Source: Naegleria gruberi | Lineage: Eukaryota | NCBI GenBank assembly: GCA_000004985.1 | Contig: GG738856.1 | Strand: one strand, 5' to 3' | DNA: 64,000 nt | In this document: one piece after another, positions 1-11,900 of the stretch | Numbering within the stretch: position 1 is the first letter of the stretch | How the letters are laid out: every line of letters begins with the position of its first letter | The notes under the pieces: generated by a model | Told to the model about the DNA's origin: nothing | Database searches by the model: none | Seen by the model: the letters and a program-made list of their open reading frames with translations, nothing else | Translations under genes and position numbers: made by a program

Positions 1-3
1 AAG

Positions 4-354
4 GTGAAGGCAATGTTACTTCTCAATAATTCTGGATCCTTCCCATATTATCTCTATGAAAACTTTGTAAATAGTGATACTGATATGGTTCTATATGAAA
101 AAATTGAACATTCCCTAAGAGAATTTTACATCAACTCAATGATGACAGTGTTTGACATCTTTCAACCACAAGGAGATGAATTCAATGTAGATATTAATGA
201 AACCTATGTAATAACGAAAGAACTTGCCATCAGTGCATTCAAAAAGAATCAAAGTGTTCTATTCTGTGTATTTGATAGTACTTGCCCAAGATATGAATTT
301 TCAATCATTACACAAGAAATACTCAATATGTTAACAAGAAAGAATCTTCTTTAA
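4..354 (+). CDS. 3' portion of a CDS that probably enters from upstream of the window. It is a hypothetical small protein, possibly with a longin/SNARE-like or TRAPP-like fold.
   Basis: The ORF is open from the window edge and the track start is GTG, not ATG. The profile is a small mixed alpha/beta protein, and no motif is confidently recognised. Confidence 0.3.
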   Translation: MKAMLLLNNSGSFPYYLYENFVNSDTDMVLYEKIEHSLREFYINSMMTVFDIFQPQGDEFNVDINETYVITKELAISAFKKNQSVLFCVFDSTCPRYEFSIITQEILNMLTRKNLL

Positions 355-387
355 AAACCAAATAGTTATTTATTATTTTTAATACAT

Positions 388-2595
388 TTACTTTCTATTT
401 TTCTTTCCCTTAATTGGTTCTTCAATTTCAGGTTCTTCCTCTTCTTCCATTAAATTTTCTTCAAAATCAATGTCCTTCAAATCGTCAGCACTATATGATG
501 TATAACCGTAATCTTCCACAATTTCTTCTTCTTCTTGGACTTCTTCCTTGACACCTTCACCCCAAGTTAAATCAGCACCGACTGTAATCTTACCAGCCTT
601 CTTGTGTCGTACCCAAGCTTCAAGAGCAACTTCAGCCTTAGCATCTTCATCCTTGAATCTCAATTCAGCTTGTTCCTTAGATTCAACTGGTTCAATAGTT
701 GGTACATCAGTAATGAGAGTATCAAAGCTTTCAGCAGCTCTCACCATTTCAACCAACAAGTTTTGTAAATAGTTAATATTTTCCTTTCTTGTATCATAAA
801 TACCACTGATCAATGTCACTGATTGTTTGTTATCACTGAATCTCTTCTTGTATTTAGCCTTCATGTCTCCCTTAACAATCTTGATAAAGTTTTGTCTAGC
901 AATTTCAGAAGTGAAATCAATATCAGAAAGTCTAACTGTCAGTTTAACAATCTTATCTCTTGGATATTTAATACCATCATGACCGAAACCATATGAGAAT
1001 TTAGTAGAAATATGGTGAATTGGAAGTCTTGTTTCAGCAACATATTTAGATTGATAGAATGGCAACAATTCTCTGAGTTCTGGTCCTGATCGGGAAGCTC
1101 TAGCATGACTAACAATTGAAGTAAGGTTTTCAAGGTTAAAGATAGCTTTGAATGGTGATTTACCATCTCTCAATTGCTCCTTAATCTTTTGTTGGAGATA
1201 ATTAGAGAAGAGTGAATCCTCACTTTCAGCTTCTTCGAATACTCTAATATCAAAGTTAGCATCAGTACTGAATGCTTCCAATTGTGTTTGTAAAAATCCA
1301 TAAGTATCATTATCCAACTTTTCAATATTATCCAAAATGTTAGTCTTGAACTTATTGTATTCTTCAACGCTAAAGATTGGAGTAATTTGACTCTTATATT
1401 GTTTAAATGCAGAACCAACCATTTCCATAAAGTCTGGAGTTCCTTGTTCTTGTTGATAACGAGTTTGAATATCACTAACAATATTACTTTGGAGACTGAA
1501 GAGATGAGCTTGTGGATTAGCAGTCAAAAATTCACTACGAATCTTCAAGAAGGCAGAAAGCTTTTCAACCAAAGGAGAAAGTTGTGGATATTTAGTCTTG
1601 GTCTTATTCAACATTGTTGTTTGAACTTCAGTAGAAAGAGCAACAATCTTTTGTAAAGTTTGTTCAACTTGGCTCAATCTAGTAGTAAAACATTGTTCGG
1701 CAGTGTAATGCAAAGACATTCTCAAAACTTTAACTTCTTCTAATTTGTTAAAAGTTTCAGAGAGAAGTTTAGCTTCATCCTTTGATGAAGTTGTTTGTGT
1801 GAAATGTCCATTAACATATTCGTTATGGAAGGATTGTAATTGTTGTTTAAAGTTAACAATAACATTCCATTGTTCGTTGAGCCAGTTAAGGAGAGGAGTA
1901 TGATTTTGGTGGATAGAGCTTTGGAGTTCTAATTCAATAGGAATATTATGGAGGAAATCATATGAAGGTCTAACAATATTGTTTTGAGTGATAAATTGGT
2001 CTAATTTTTCCTTATAAACACGGAATTCCTCACTATCAAAAATTCTTTCAACCAATTCATCAGCAGTTAATGTAGCTGTAGGAGACTTTTTGTGAGATTT
2101 AAACATACTAATAAGTGTTTCTGATGGAATTGTTGATTGAATGAGTTGATAATTTTCCATATTAAAGCCAGTGAATGGTGCAGCCTTGTTAATGTTGAAG
2201 AAGTTTTCAAGGTCGGCAACTTCATGTTCAATTGTTTTTGTGAGTTTTGTTCCGGTGTGTTTACCTGTTGTGTATGTTGTTTCTGTGGATGAGGTAATTG
2301 GCAAGTCTACTTTGATATTAAAATCTGGTTTTAATAAAACACGTTCGCTTGTACTTTTTCTAGAAGCAACATTTGGATTAGATTCTTGAGTTTCCTCTAC
2401 ATGAGAAGCATTGTCGAGCTTCTTTTGAAGAATTTCTTGGAATTTTGGATGAGTATTGATTGGATAAGTAATTGAAGGAGGTAAATCACTCAAGTATCTA
2501 TACTTGGCTGTAGTTTTCAAGGAATTAAAAACTTTCAGGGCAAATCTGGTAGACATCTTCGCGCACGGGTTTTCAAAATATTTTTTTTTGTACAA
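388..2595 (-). CDS. Hypothetical conserved protein of about 720 aa with a strongly acidic Glu-rich C-terminal tail.
   Basis: Long uninterrupted minus-strand ORF. The track start at 2595 is TTG, and the first ATG (MSTRF...) lies near 2556. The C-terminus reads EEVQEEEEIVEDY...EEEEEPEIEEP followed by KGKKNRK. I recognise no family. Confidence 0.5.
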   Translation of the reverse strand: MYKKKYFENPCAKMSTRFALKVFNSLKTTAKYRYLSDLPPSITYPINTHPKFQEILQKKLDNASHVEETQESNPNVASRKSTSERVLLKPDFNIKVDLPITSSTETTYTTGKHTGTKLTKTIEHEVADLENFFNINKAAPFTGFNMENYQLIQSTIPSETLISMFKSHKKSPTATLTADELVERIFDSEEFRVYKEKLDQFITQNNIVRPSYDFLHNIPIELELQSSIHQNHTPLLNWLNEQWNVIVNFKQQLQSFHNEYVNGHFTQTTSSKDEAKLLSETFNKLEEVKVLRMSLHYTAEQCFTTRLSQVEQTLQKIVALSTEVQTTMLNKTKTKYPQLSPLVEKLSAFLKIRSEFLTANPQAHLFSLQSNIVSDIQTRYQQEQGTPDFMEMVGSAFKQYKSQITPIFSVEEYNKFKTNILDNIEKLDNDTYGFLQTQLEAFSTDANFDIRVFEEAESEDSLFSNYLQQKIKEQLRDGKSPFKAIFNLENLTSIVSHARASRSGPELRELLPFYQSKYVAETRLPIHHISTKFSYGFGHDGIKYPRDKIVKLTVRLSDIDFTSEIARQNFIKIVKGDMKAKYKKRFSDNKQSVTLISGIYDTRKENINYLQNLLVEMVRAAESFDTLITDVPTIEPVESKEQAELRFKDEDAKAEVALEAWVRHKKAGKITVGADLTWGEGVKEEVQEEEEIVEDYGYTSYSADDLKDIDFEENLMEEEEEPEIEEPIKGKKNRK

Positions 2596-2933
2596 TTAAA
2601 AATTTATTTATTTTTTAAAAAGTAATATTGAAAGTTTTCAGAGTAGCCTATTCTGAATGATGGCCTTGAAGGAAGAAGGTTTGTTGTTATCAATTATCAT
2701 CATTACTTTAAAAACTGCTCAAAATCATTTAATTTCAAGAGTATTTGCAATGTATTATTATCGATAATCAAATAGAGAGTGATGATAAAATTGAAATTCA
2801 TTTGATGATGATTTAAAACTATTAAAAGAATTCATTTTGATCATCAAAATAATTCTAAAATTTGTTCATGATTTTAAACGTACGATCTTCTTTATTGACA
2901 ATACGTTAACGTGTCAAATAGACAACAACGGAT

Positions 2934-3308
2934 TTACTTTTGCTCCTTTTGTTTCTTTCTCTCTTCTTGTTCCTCTTCTTGTTTTTGAATAATAGCATCA
3001 AAACCAGCAGTCTTCTTCAAATAAATTTGGATCTTAGCCTTTTGGAAGGATTGTTCGTTTTTACTAGACACTGGAACAGTAGAAGTTTGGATCTTTGAGA
3101 TAGTAGCGAGCTTTTGGTTCTTCAAGATTTCAGCACATGAAACAACAGTATTGATGGCACTACCTAAACCACTAAGTTCAATCTCTTCGTTATTCTTCAA
3201 GAATTTCTTGGACAAATAAACGTAGAAGGAGAGAGATTGTTTGGTAGCAGAAACTTGAATCTTGTTGTCATCTTGCTTGCCTTGTGGTACGTTGCTAGAA
3301 GTGCTCAT
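2934..3308 (-). CDS. Alba-like DNA/RNA-binding protein, of the Rpp25/Pop7/Alba superfamily.
   Basis: A 124 aa ORF with the Alba-family signature layout (..SFYVYLSKKFLKNNEEIELSGLGSAINTVVSCAEILKNQ..) and a Lys/Glu-rich tail. Confidence 0.5.
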   Translation of the reverse strand: MSTSSNVPQGKQDDNKIQVSATKQSLSFYVYLSKKFLKNNEEIELSGLGSAINTVVSCAEILKNQKLATISKIQTSTVPVSSKNEQSFQKAKIQIYLKKTAGFDAIIQKQEEEQEERKKQKEQK

Positions 3309-3948
3309 TTCCTTTAATTATGATATGCTCGGTACTAGAAATAATGATGATGATGTTGATAGAGTATTATCAGACGTTGTTGATTGCCTGCACTGTTAAT
3401 GTCTACTTAGATGAACGATCGTTTTTTTTTGTGTGTAAAGACAGCAAGCCTAGCTTCTTGTTAGCAGCTTACAAAATCAATCTCGTTAGAAGGAAGCCTC
3501 ATTTTTGCCCAAGCTGAGTCTCAGGTGTATTATGAAGAGGTTGTTTTTAGACTTACTTTAGCACACGTCTCGCTTGCAATTCCGAAGTTGTCAAATCTAA
3601 AAAAAGACTTGAAGTAATGAGAAGATTAATGTGAATTCCCAATATTTGTGTTAATATTCTGGTTAAATATATTAATTTTCTGTCAAGTTAATAAGTTAAT
3701 GGTTCATCCATTATGATAGTGAATGAAAATTAAAGAAAATCATGGTTTACTAATGAAAGGAATATTTGCAAATCCTAATTGAGTACTCATTCTTTCAATA
3801 ACTTTACAAATATGTTCATAATCTTCTTCATTGGATTCTATAGTATTTGAAATTTTATATTCCACAAGTTCAGTAATATACGGTATCAATAATAATCCAA
3901 TTCCAAAATAAATAATATCACACGATCTATTTTCCACTTTTTCAACTA

Positions 3949-5355
3949 TTATAAATGATTGAATTGATAAATATATCGAGTATACTTACTTGAAATTCTT
4001 GTTTCGGTAAAGAATATATAACTTGGTTGAGATAGAATGAATAGATTAATATATCTTCTGAAACATTTATCAATAGCTCTGATAAATAGTTTCTCCTTAT
4101 GAAATTTCACACTTTTATATCTATTCCACATCTTTTTCATCAAGTTAAAGTACATTTCAGAATATTGTATGTATGGATCTTCCAATAGAGTAGCTGTTTT
4201 TGTTACATTCTCATTGAAGAGATGTTCCATTTCTTCTCTTGTTGGATAGATTGATAAATCTACATGACATGAAGTATGCTTGTTTTTCAATTTCTTGTAA
4301 ATGAAATCGATTGATTTTTGAACTCGTTTTTGAAAATATAATCTTATGGAATATGGTGTATTGAGAATGTTTCTTCCTTGATACCATGGATTATTTTCTT
4401 GATTATATAAATAGAATACTCTTGTGAGGAATGGACGAACAATACTTGTTCTAAATAAATGACTCACAAACAGTTTTTCAAATTCATTCAATAATTTAGG
4501 GTAATCTTTTGGAAGATACAGATCAGTTCCATAATTGGTGGTCAAATAAGGATATGCAGCATTATAATTATAAACATAACATCCTACTTGTTTAGTATTT
4601 TCATTAATTTTCACAAATGGATCAAAATTGATTTGTTCAGTTCTATATCGTTCATTGACCAATTCTACATTATAGGAATAAGAGGAAAATTTGTAATTTT
4701 CATCTTCCGTTGGTTTTTTACAAGTATCGAATCCAATATCCAAAAAGGAAGTAAGAGGATTATTACTATTAAACAATATCGAATAAATATACGAGTTTCT
4801 AATATTAGTAGTATCTACATCTTCTGGTTTGTCTTTAATATATCTCAATAGACGATGTACATGTGTAGATTTAATCAATCTATAAAAGAATTGAAAGAAA
4901 ATATAAAAATCCGAAACATTTTTCACTCCAAAACACTTTCCATAATTAATATCATAAAAAGCATGATTAAAATAGACACTAATCATCAATGCACAAATAT
5001 CATTTCTTGATGTTAAAAGTGCTCTTCTCACACATTTATCAACCTCCTCAAATTGATCATCAACTTGATTTAATTTCTCTCTCATTAATTTCTCTGTTGT
5101 TTGTTGAAATAATTCTTCATTTTCCCTACTCCAATATTCACCTCTTCTCCAATTTTCAATCTTTTCCAAGGCTCCGAATGGTAATTCTTGTTGAATCTTT
5201 CTCCTCCAAAAGTGATCGGATTGAAATATTAATTTTCTTATTTTTCTATTTAATTTGGACCAACAATTGATCACCTCCCGAAGAGTACAATATTCAGCAA
5301 TGAAGAAACAAAAAAAATTATCATCCTGCAGACATAAATTAATAAATGGTTGCAT
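3949..5355 (-). CDS. F-box-like domain protein, hypothetical.
   Basis: A 468 aa ORF. The N-terminus (FFCFFIAEYCTLREVINCWSKLNRKIRKLIFQSDHFW) fits an F-box-like helical motif. The rest is Tyr/Asn/Phe-rich with no recognised domain. Confidence 0.45.
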   Translation of the reverse strand: MQPFINLCLQDDNFFCFFIAEYCTLREVINCWSKLNRKIRKLIFQSDHFWRRKIQQELPFGALEKIENWRRGEYWSRENEELFQQTTEKLMREKLNQVDDQFEEVDKCVRRALLTSRNDICALMISVYFNHAFYDINYGKCFGVKNVSDFYIFFQFFYRLIKSTHVHRLLRYIKDKPEDVDTTNIRNSYIYSILFNSNNPLTSFLDIGFDTCKKPTEDENYKFSSYSYNVELVNERYRTEQINFDPFVKINENTKQVGCYVYNYNAAYPYLTTNYGTDLYLPKDYPKLLNEFEKLFVSHLFRTSIVRPFLTRVFYLYNQENNPWYQGRNILNTPYSIRLYFQKRVQKSIDFIYKKLKNKHTSCHVDLSIYPTREEMEHLFNENVTKTATLLEDPYIQYSEMYFNLMKKMWNRYKSVKFHKEKLFIRAIDKCFRRYINLFILSQPSYIFFTETRISSKYTRYIYQFNHL

Positions 5356-5458
5356 TTTTTTTGTAAAGAATTCAAATTATTATTTATTATTGTTGAATAC
5401 TTGTTCTATAATGATTAGTATTAATACTTGTTCTATATAATGATATAATATGAGTTTT

Positions 5459-7851
5459 TTATTCTTTCAATAACTTTTTAATCTTTTTGTAAAGATATTT
5501 AGCAGGTAAATCATTTGGATTATGTTCCATAAAATCTTTCATAATATTCTTGGCAACTTCTAATTGAGTTTCTTGTAAATAATATGAAAATGCCTTATTG
5601 TAATCAACCCATCGATTCTTTCTTTCCTTATCTTTCAATTCATACATCCATTCATCTGTTAAAGTATCTTGTAATTCACCAATTTCGAATAGATTAATTT
5701 TCTGACCTTTTTGCTTTGAAATGAGTGAACAACTAGTTTCTAATAAAAATTGTTTTCTTCCAACAAATCGAGAGGAGAATTGTTCAGATTGTGAATGAAT
5801 AATTTCTGAAATTATGAATGAAATGTTAAATTTCATTGCATGTTTCATCATTCGTTGTAAATTTTGTGATAAACTTGACATGATTGTGAAAACTTTTGAT
5901 TCTCTAGTTCCGTAATTACCACATTTGGAAGTTTGGCTATGAACTGCAATTCTAAATGAGAAATTTTGAATTAAATCTGAATTTTGTTCAAATATTCTAT
6001 CATTCTTCCATTTCTTTGATAATTGTTGTAATCTATCATATAATTTAAAAGAGAATAATAATGATTTCTGACAATGTTGTTTGACTTCTGACACACTATT
6101 CAATGATATTACAATGGATTGATTTTCAAAACTACCCAAATATGCTCCAGACTTTGAACTTGTTTGTTGTAAAATTTCAAATAATTCACTCATCAATCTA
6201 ATAACTTCATTGTTATCTAAAATTGAAAACCAATCTTCAATTCCATCCAAATAAATTAAACAAGCACTAATATCCTTACTTTCCATTCCAATTTTAAACA
6301 TTGATGATTTGGAATCTGAGACTGATTTTCTTAATGAGTTTTTCAAATCAACACTTGAAAACATTCCATATTTGGATTTGGCTGCAGAATTTGTTGATTT
6401 TCTATAAGTGGATTCTGAAACAGCTTCTTGTTCTACTGCTGTATTATCACCTGTGTGTTCTAGTTGACTCAATAAATGGGATGGAATAAAAGCTCTATAT
6501 TGTCTAATTTTGGTAACCATTTGTGAAAAACCTTGTTGTAATTGAGAAATTTCTGTAAATCTACTTGGAACAATTACCAAATCCAATTCCATTCTTGAAA
6601 GACTATCAAATAATTCAATTAAATTCCAAAATGGTTTTGAAATTCTATAAGAGGAATAAATTCCCAAAAATGTTCCACCCAAAATTATCATTATACCACA
6701 AACAATGCCAACAATGATGGCAATGACCATATTTCCTATAAATGTCCATCTTGGAATGGTTACTGCAAATATCCAATCCAGCCCTGTTTGTGTGCAATAT
6801 CTGTAAACACTAATTTTGTAGAACGTATTCGAAACATCACCGAATGAATTGCAAGGTAACTGAAAATTTGGATAACTTTGATTAACCCAATGATATAAAT
6901 TTCTACTGTTATCATCCATTTGATCAACTGTAGTACTAATATTGAATGAATCAGGATAGCTCGCTAAATTATTGTAAAAACTTTACAAAAACAAATTACA
7001 ATCAACTTACTTGCAACTACAATTTGTGAACTAGTTTCAATAATCAATCCAAATGAACCACTATTCTCTCCCTGAGTAACATTCTTCAAGAAGAAAGTCA
7101 AATCAGAAACTGAAATTGCCATTTTCAAATACCAATCATAACCTTTAGCTCTTTGTGAATTTTCCTTCGAGTTGACTAAACCAACAAATCTCATTGGTAA
7201 ACCATTTAATTCATATAAATGAGTAAAGAATGGTTGACCAGGTTTCTTATAAATCATATTAGCAATAGCTGAATCAGAAGTTGGTGGTAAAGTTGCTAAA
7301 TAAATTGGACATGCTGGGAATATGACACATAATTTAACTGTAATTCCACTAATTGGTGAGATGAAAACTTTGATGAGTGGTTCATTAATGACATATCCAA
7401 TGGCATTGCTTTCATAATTGTAAACTGTCAATTCTTTCATTATGGATTTGTGAAAAGTAGTTTCGGATAAAGTAAACGAAGCTATTGAGGAATCTGCAGT
7501 GTTGATATCTGAAACATTGGTGAATGAATTCATGATTTGATATTTGGCAGTTTGAGAGGCAATCACGAATTGATTAAAAGTTTGATCAACGTATGAAATT
7601 AATTTATCCTGTTTTAAGGAAACTATTGAATCTGACATTTCTTGTAATGAAATACTAAACGAAAGTATCCAAATAATACTTTGAATAAATACACTGCATG
7701 TTACTGCTATTATAATAATGGAGAGAATGCAAAATTTAATGGACACTAATTTTCTATTCGAATCTAATTCATTCATTGAACTTTCAGACGAATCTTCATC
7801 TATTGTTTTATCTCCTTTTGATAGAGTGGTAATGGGTTGAATTCTTGCCAT
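5459..7851 (-). CDS. Membrane protein with an N-terminal extracellular/TM region and a degenerate class III nucleotidyl-cyclase homology domain (pseudo-cyclase). Two exons, modelled as join(7851..7011,6963..5459) on the minus strand.
   Basis: Track ORFs 6964..7851 and 5459..6919 are joined by a 47-nt intron with a GTAAGT donor (minus strand, plus positions 7010..7005) and a TTTAG acceptor. The phase-1 junction reads ..QIVVA|T|SYPDSFNISTTVDQMDDN.. in frame. There are TM helices at the N-terminus and around residues 330 to 360 of the joined protein. The C-terminal region aligns to the cyclase domain (ACLIYLDGIEDWFS; FRIAVHSQTSKCGNYGTRESKVF..NLQRM), but the GDAY metal-binding Asp and the NTxSRMES Asn are missing. 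Confidence 0.55.
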
Positions 7852-7997
7852 TTTTCTTTATGATTTTCTCTGAAATCTGTTTCAAATTCAATAAGAAGTA
7901 GTTCAACTATTATTGTAGTTTTATGTAATGTTGACTGATTGAAGTGTAGTTTATGTGTGTAGTACAAACTAAATATATATGTTTGTGCTTGGATTTC

Positions 7998-8011
7998 CTT
8001 TCTCTCTCTCT
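7998..8011. repeat. Short (TC)n microsatellite in the divergent intergenic region between the two cyclase-family genes.
   Basis: The sequence reads ctttctctctctctcta. Confidence 0.5.
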
Positions 8012-8915
8012 AGGGTTGAGAATATAATTTACGTTTTGGATGTTCCTGAAACATCAATAGACATCATCAACATTAATATTTTTGTCAATAGAATTAAAAA
8101 GCACTGTACTGAGTAGTAAACACGAATGAGGCACATAAAATTGAATATAAAACTTGAAGCCCCACAAGTGTGTTAACCTCTGATGAACTTGCATGGTTGG
8201 GTATATTTTATTTTCCGATCAAAACTGTTTGCAAACAATGAAAAACAATAAATTTTGTCGTCATGCACTAAATTAAAAAAATATTTATTTTCCAACCTAA
8301 TGATGAATTGATTCTTCATCTTGATAGAGAGAAGATTGTGTCAACCTCTCACAATGATCCTTAATTTATATTTGTATTCTTTAATTTCAAATTACTTGAT
8401 CAAATTTGACTTGGCCGATATTAAACTCACCCCGAATGTGCAACTTCATTTCTCAACTTCATTCTACAAGAGATTGTTTTGATTCAAAATTTGTGCATTT
8501 TCAAAGATTTAGACTTCTTAATCAATTATTTAATTTTGGAACGATTCAAAGTTGTATGAATCGAATAGTATCTTCTCAAATTATCCATCAATTTTCAAAG
8601 ATAGTGTTCATGGCTCAGAATATATTGGAGGTCTGAATCTCTATGAACCCATCAGTGTTTGTAGATAAATCACTACCTATCAAAACTTTCCAATTGAGGT
8701 ATAAATAATCACAATAGGACAACTCTATAGATTGCAAAATTTAATATTTGTGTTTTAAAAAGCTCGATTAGCACAGAATTAAACAATATCTCTTGAAATC
8801 AATCCAAAAATGTACAAAAAATTAGTTCACCGAATAATAAAAACACAAATTTTCATACACCTTTACCTTCTTTCGAATAATAATTTGTAGTTGAAAACTA
8901 GTTTCTTTCAAAAAA

Positions 8916-11900
8916 ATGTATAAAGTTAAAACCACCACTGATCCAATAACCATTACAAATAATAGTTTGATAATAGCAGAGTCAACTGAAATAAAAGAGG
9001 GAAGTGTAACAGGTGTTGATAATTCATCTCAAATACTTTCGTCTGCTTCAAGTTCTTCATTATCAGCTCTGACTGGAAAGAGTTTAGTTTCGTCTTTACT
9101 TTCTAATATTTATTCTATCATTATTACATTTCGTCCAAAAGAAAGTTTGAATAATTCAACTTCTAAAATTGTTTGGGCGATAATTTTTCATATTTATTTA
9201 ATTTATAATTCAATTGTTGTTTCGTCATTTCCAATACCTTATTCGAGACAAGACGAATCTAAATTATGGGGTTATATTCCAGCATGGATTTGGAGAGTTT
9301 TATTCTTTCCAATGAATTTTGGATGTGAATTTTATCCATATGAAGCAATTGTAACATTATCAATACTATTTCTAGTTTTGGAAATTGCAACTATTTTTGG
9401 ATTTTATTGGTGTAGATGGGCTTCTAAAAAAGGAGGTAAATTATATGAAAAAGGTTTGTTTAATGGGTATTAAAATTTAAATAATTTTTAAAATAATTTT
9501 TCAATAGTTAAACAAATCATTCAAGCAATTGTTATCTTTTATAGAATTTTTACCATTTTTATAATTTACATTCATAGTTTATTACTTTCTCCTAATATTT
9601 CAGATATGACTTCCTATTTTTATCCATCTGTTTCATTTACTAATACTCCACATATTGTATTTGCTTGTGTTGGTGTGATTGGTATTATACTAACTTTAGT
9701 AATTACCATTTTTGGAATTTATTTAACAATTGAAACAATTCCACCAACTTCATACAAAACATTCTTTTCACTTGCTTTAATTTATCCATTCTGTTCATTA
9801 ATTGTCACTAATCAAATAAGTGTCATTGCAAATATTATTTGTAGTGAAAAATTCTCCTTCATTTCCTCAATTATTAAGATTATTCTAAATATGGTAGTAT
9901 TCTGTTTAATGTTTAGAACATTTCCATTTTTTAGAAAATGGGAAAATTGTTTCTTCTTGGGAATTGTTGGTTCTAAAATTTTGGCGCCAATTGTTCCCTT
10001 AGTTTTACATTTTGTTAAGGGAAATGACATTATTGGCGGATCATTGACAGGTGTCACATTTATTGCAGCCTTAATTGGTTTCGTATTAGCAAGTCTATTT
10101 TCCTATATTTATTCCAGTTTACATTTGAGACATGTTAGAAAATTATTGGATTACAAATCAGAAACAAGTAATACTTTACAATATTTGGAACATTCAAAAG
10201 ATGTACAAAATTCAATTTCACTCTTTCTTCGATTTTCATTAACTCAAACAAGAAATTTGACAAATTTAGAAGGAAGTGATTTTGATTTTGCAAAATATTT
10301 TGTTTTACAAAATGGAAAAAACATGTCATCTGCTGAAATGTTAATTACCTGTTCAATGTTTATTGCATTTGGTCAATTGGAGGGATATGATAAAAGTCAA
10401 GCATGTGCACTTGGTTTAGCATGTTTACAAAAAGCAGCAAAGAATTCACCCAATCAAATTCAAATATTTCACATCATGCTAAGAATGGAAGAATTGGAAC
10501 ATTTAGCCTTTCATGGAAATAATTTGGAAGTTTTAAGAAGATTGGAAACTTTAGAAAAAAAGGTAAAAATTTTAGGAAGAGCTCACAAAACATTTTTTAA
10601 AGAATTATTGAATGAAAAGCCAAAAATTACAAAATTGGAAAATATCAATCGTACATGTTGTGTACTTTACAATGAATGTGATAAGATTTATGAGAATTTA
10701 TTGAATATGAGTAGAAATAATAAGGCACTTTTGAAATCTTATGCTTCCTATTTGGAAAAATATAAATGGGAATTCCAATTAGCTCAGGAATTTTATGAGG
10801 AAGCTCAAGAGGCTGAAGAAGATAAGAAAACTGCACAAATTATATTGAAATCTAGACGAAAGTCAATGAAAGGTGAAATTCCACAACCAATTCCAGAATC
10901 AGCAAGTAGAAGATTCAGTATCACCAATACTTCATATATGAATGATGAAAATTGGGATTCGGTTAGTTGTGCAGCAGCTGAAGAGAATGAAGATAGAAAG
11001 GATAATATCATTAGAAGTGCTATTAATACTCCTATGAATACTTTGATTTATTCATTATCTTTCTTATTGATTAGTTTAGTTTCAATTATTGCTTTGGCTA
11101 TCATTGCACCAATGGCATTGAGTTATTCTGCAACCATTGATATTAGAATGTCAATGCAAGAGAAAGTATGCTTAATGTCAGGTGTTCCTTACAAGATGCT
11201 TTCACAAATCAAAGCCCTCCAATCAGAACATGCCTTGAGAGGTTTCATTTCTCCTCAAATGAAAAATTCAACCTATACTCAAACTAATCTCATGTTAGAT
11301 TTAACAGAAGAAGTAATAAGTGCAGGAAGTAATGGTAAACTAATTCCAGAAGTAGTCCAAGCCTATTTAAATAGTGAATATATTGTAAGCATTCCAATTA
11401 AGAATTATTCACTTGAAAATACTTCAATTATTCCTGAATATTCACAAACTAATACTTCACTATCTTTCTATATGGGTACTATTCTAGCTCAGGGTAGAAA
11501 TGTTCTGTTACAATTTTCAGATTTGGAAACTTTGACAACTCATTTGGATAACAATTATCCATTTTTATTTTTCTATTACAATAGAATGGTCATGACAAAT
11601 GCATTTAACAAATTTTGTACAACATTTGTGAATGCTAGTGTTGATTCATTGGATCAGAATTTCAATTCTTTATTAATTGCTTCTTGTTCAGTTATGGTAG
11701 TTTATCTATTTTTGGCAATTTCTTACTTGTTAGTAATGCGTATGCATACTAAGAGAATTACTATGGAAATTAAGGGCGTATTCAAAAAGATTCCAAAAGA
11801 TGAAATTGGAAAAATTTATCATAATTTTGATAAGAAATTGGACGATACCATGAATTCATTGAATTCATCCATATTGAAACCTAATCGTTTAATTATTTTA

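Noticed and set aside
548-1656. Several short plus-strand and minus-strand ORFs (548..772, 939..1166, 1170..1481, 1387..1656) inside the 388..2595 gene
   Set aside because: They lie fully inside, or antisense to, a long well-supported ORF. They are low complexity with no motifs and are typical alternate-frame artefacts of AT-rich DNA.
3740-3937. 65-aa minus-strand ORF just downstream of the F-box gene
   Set aside because: I could not connect it to the upstream gene with a canonical intron in the right phase. It is probably 3' UTR.
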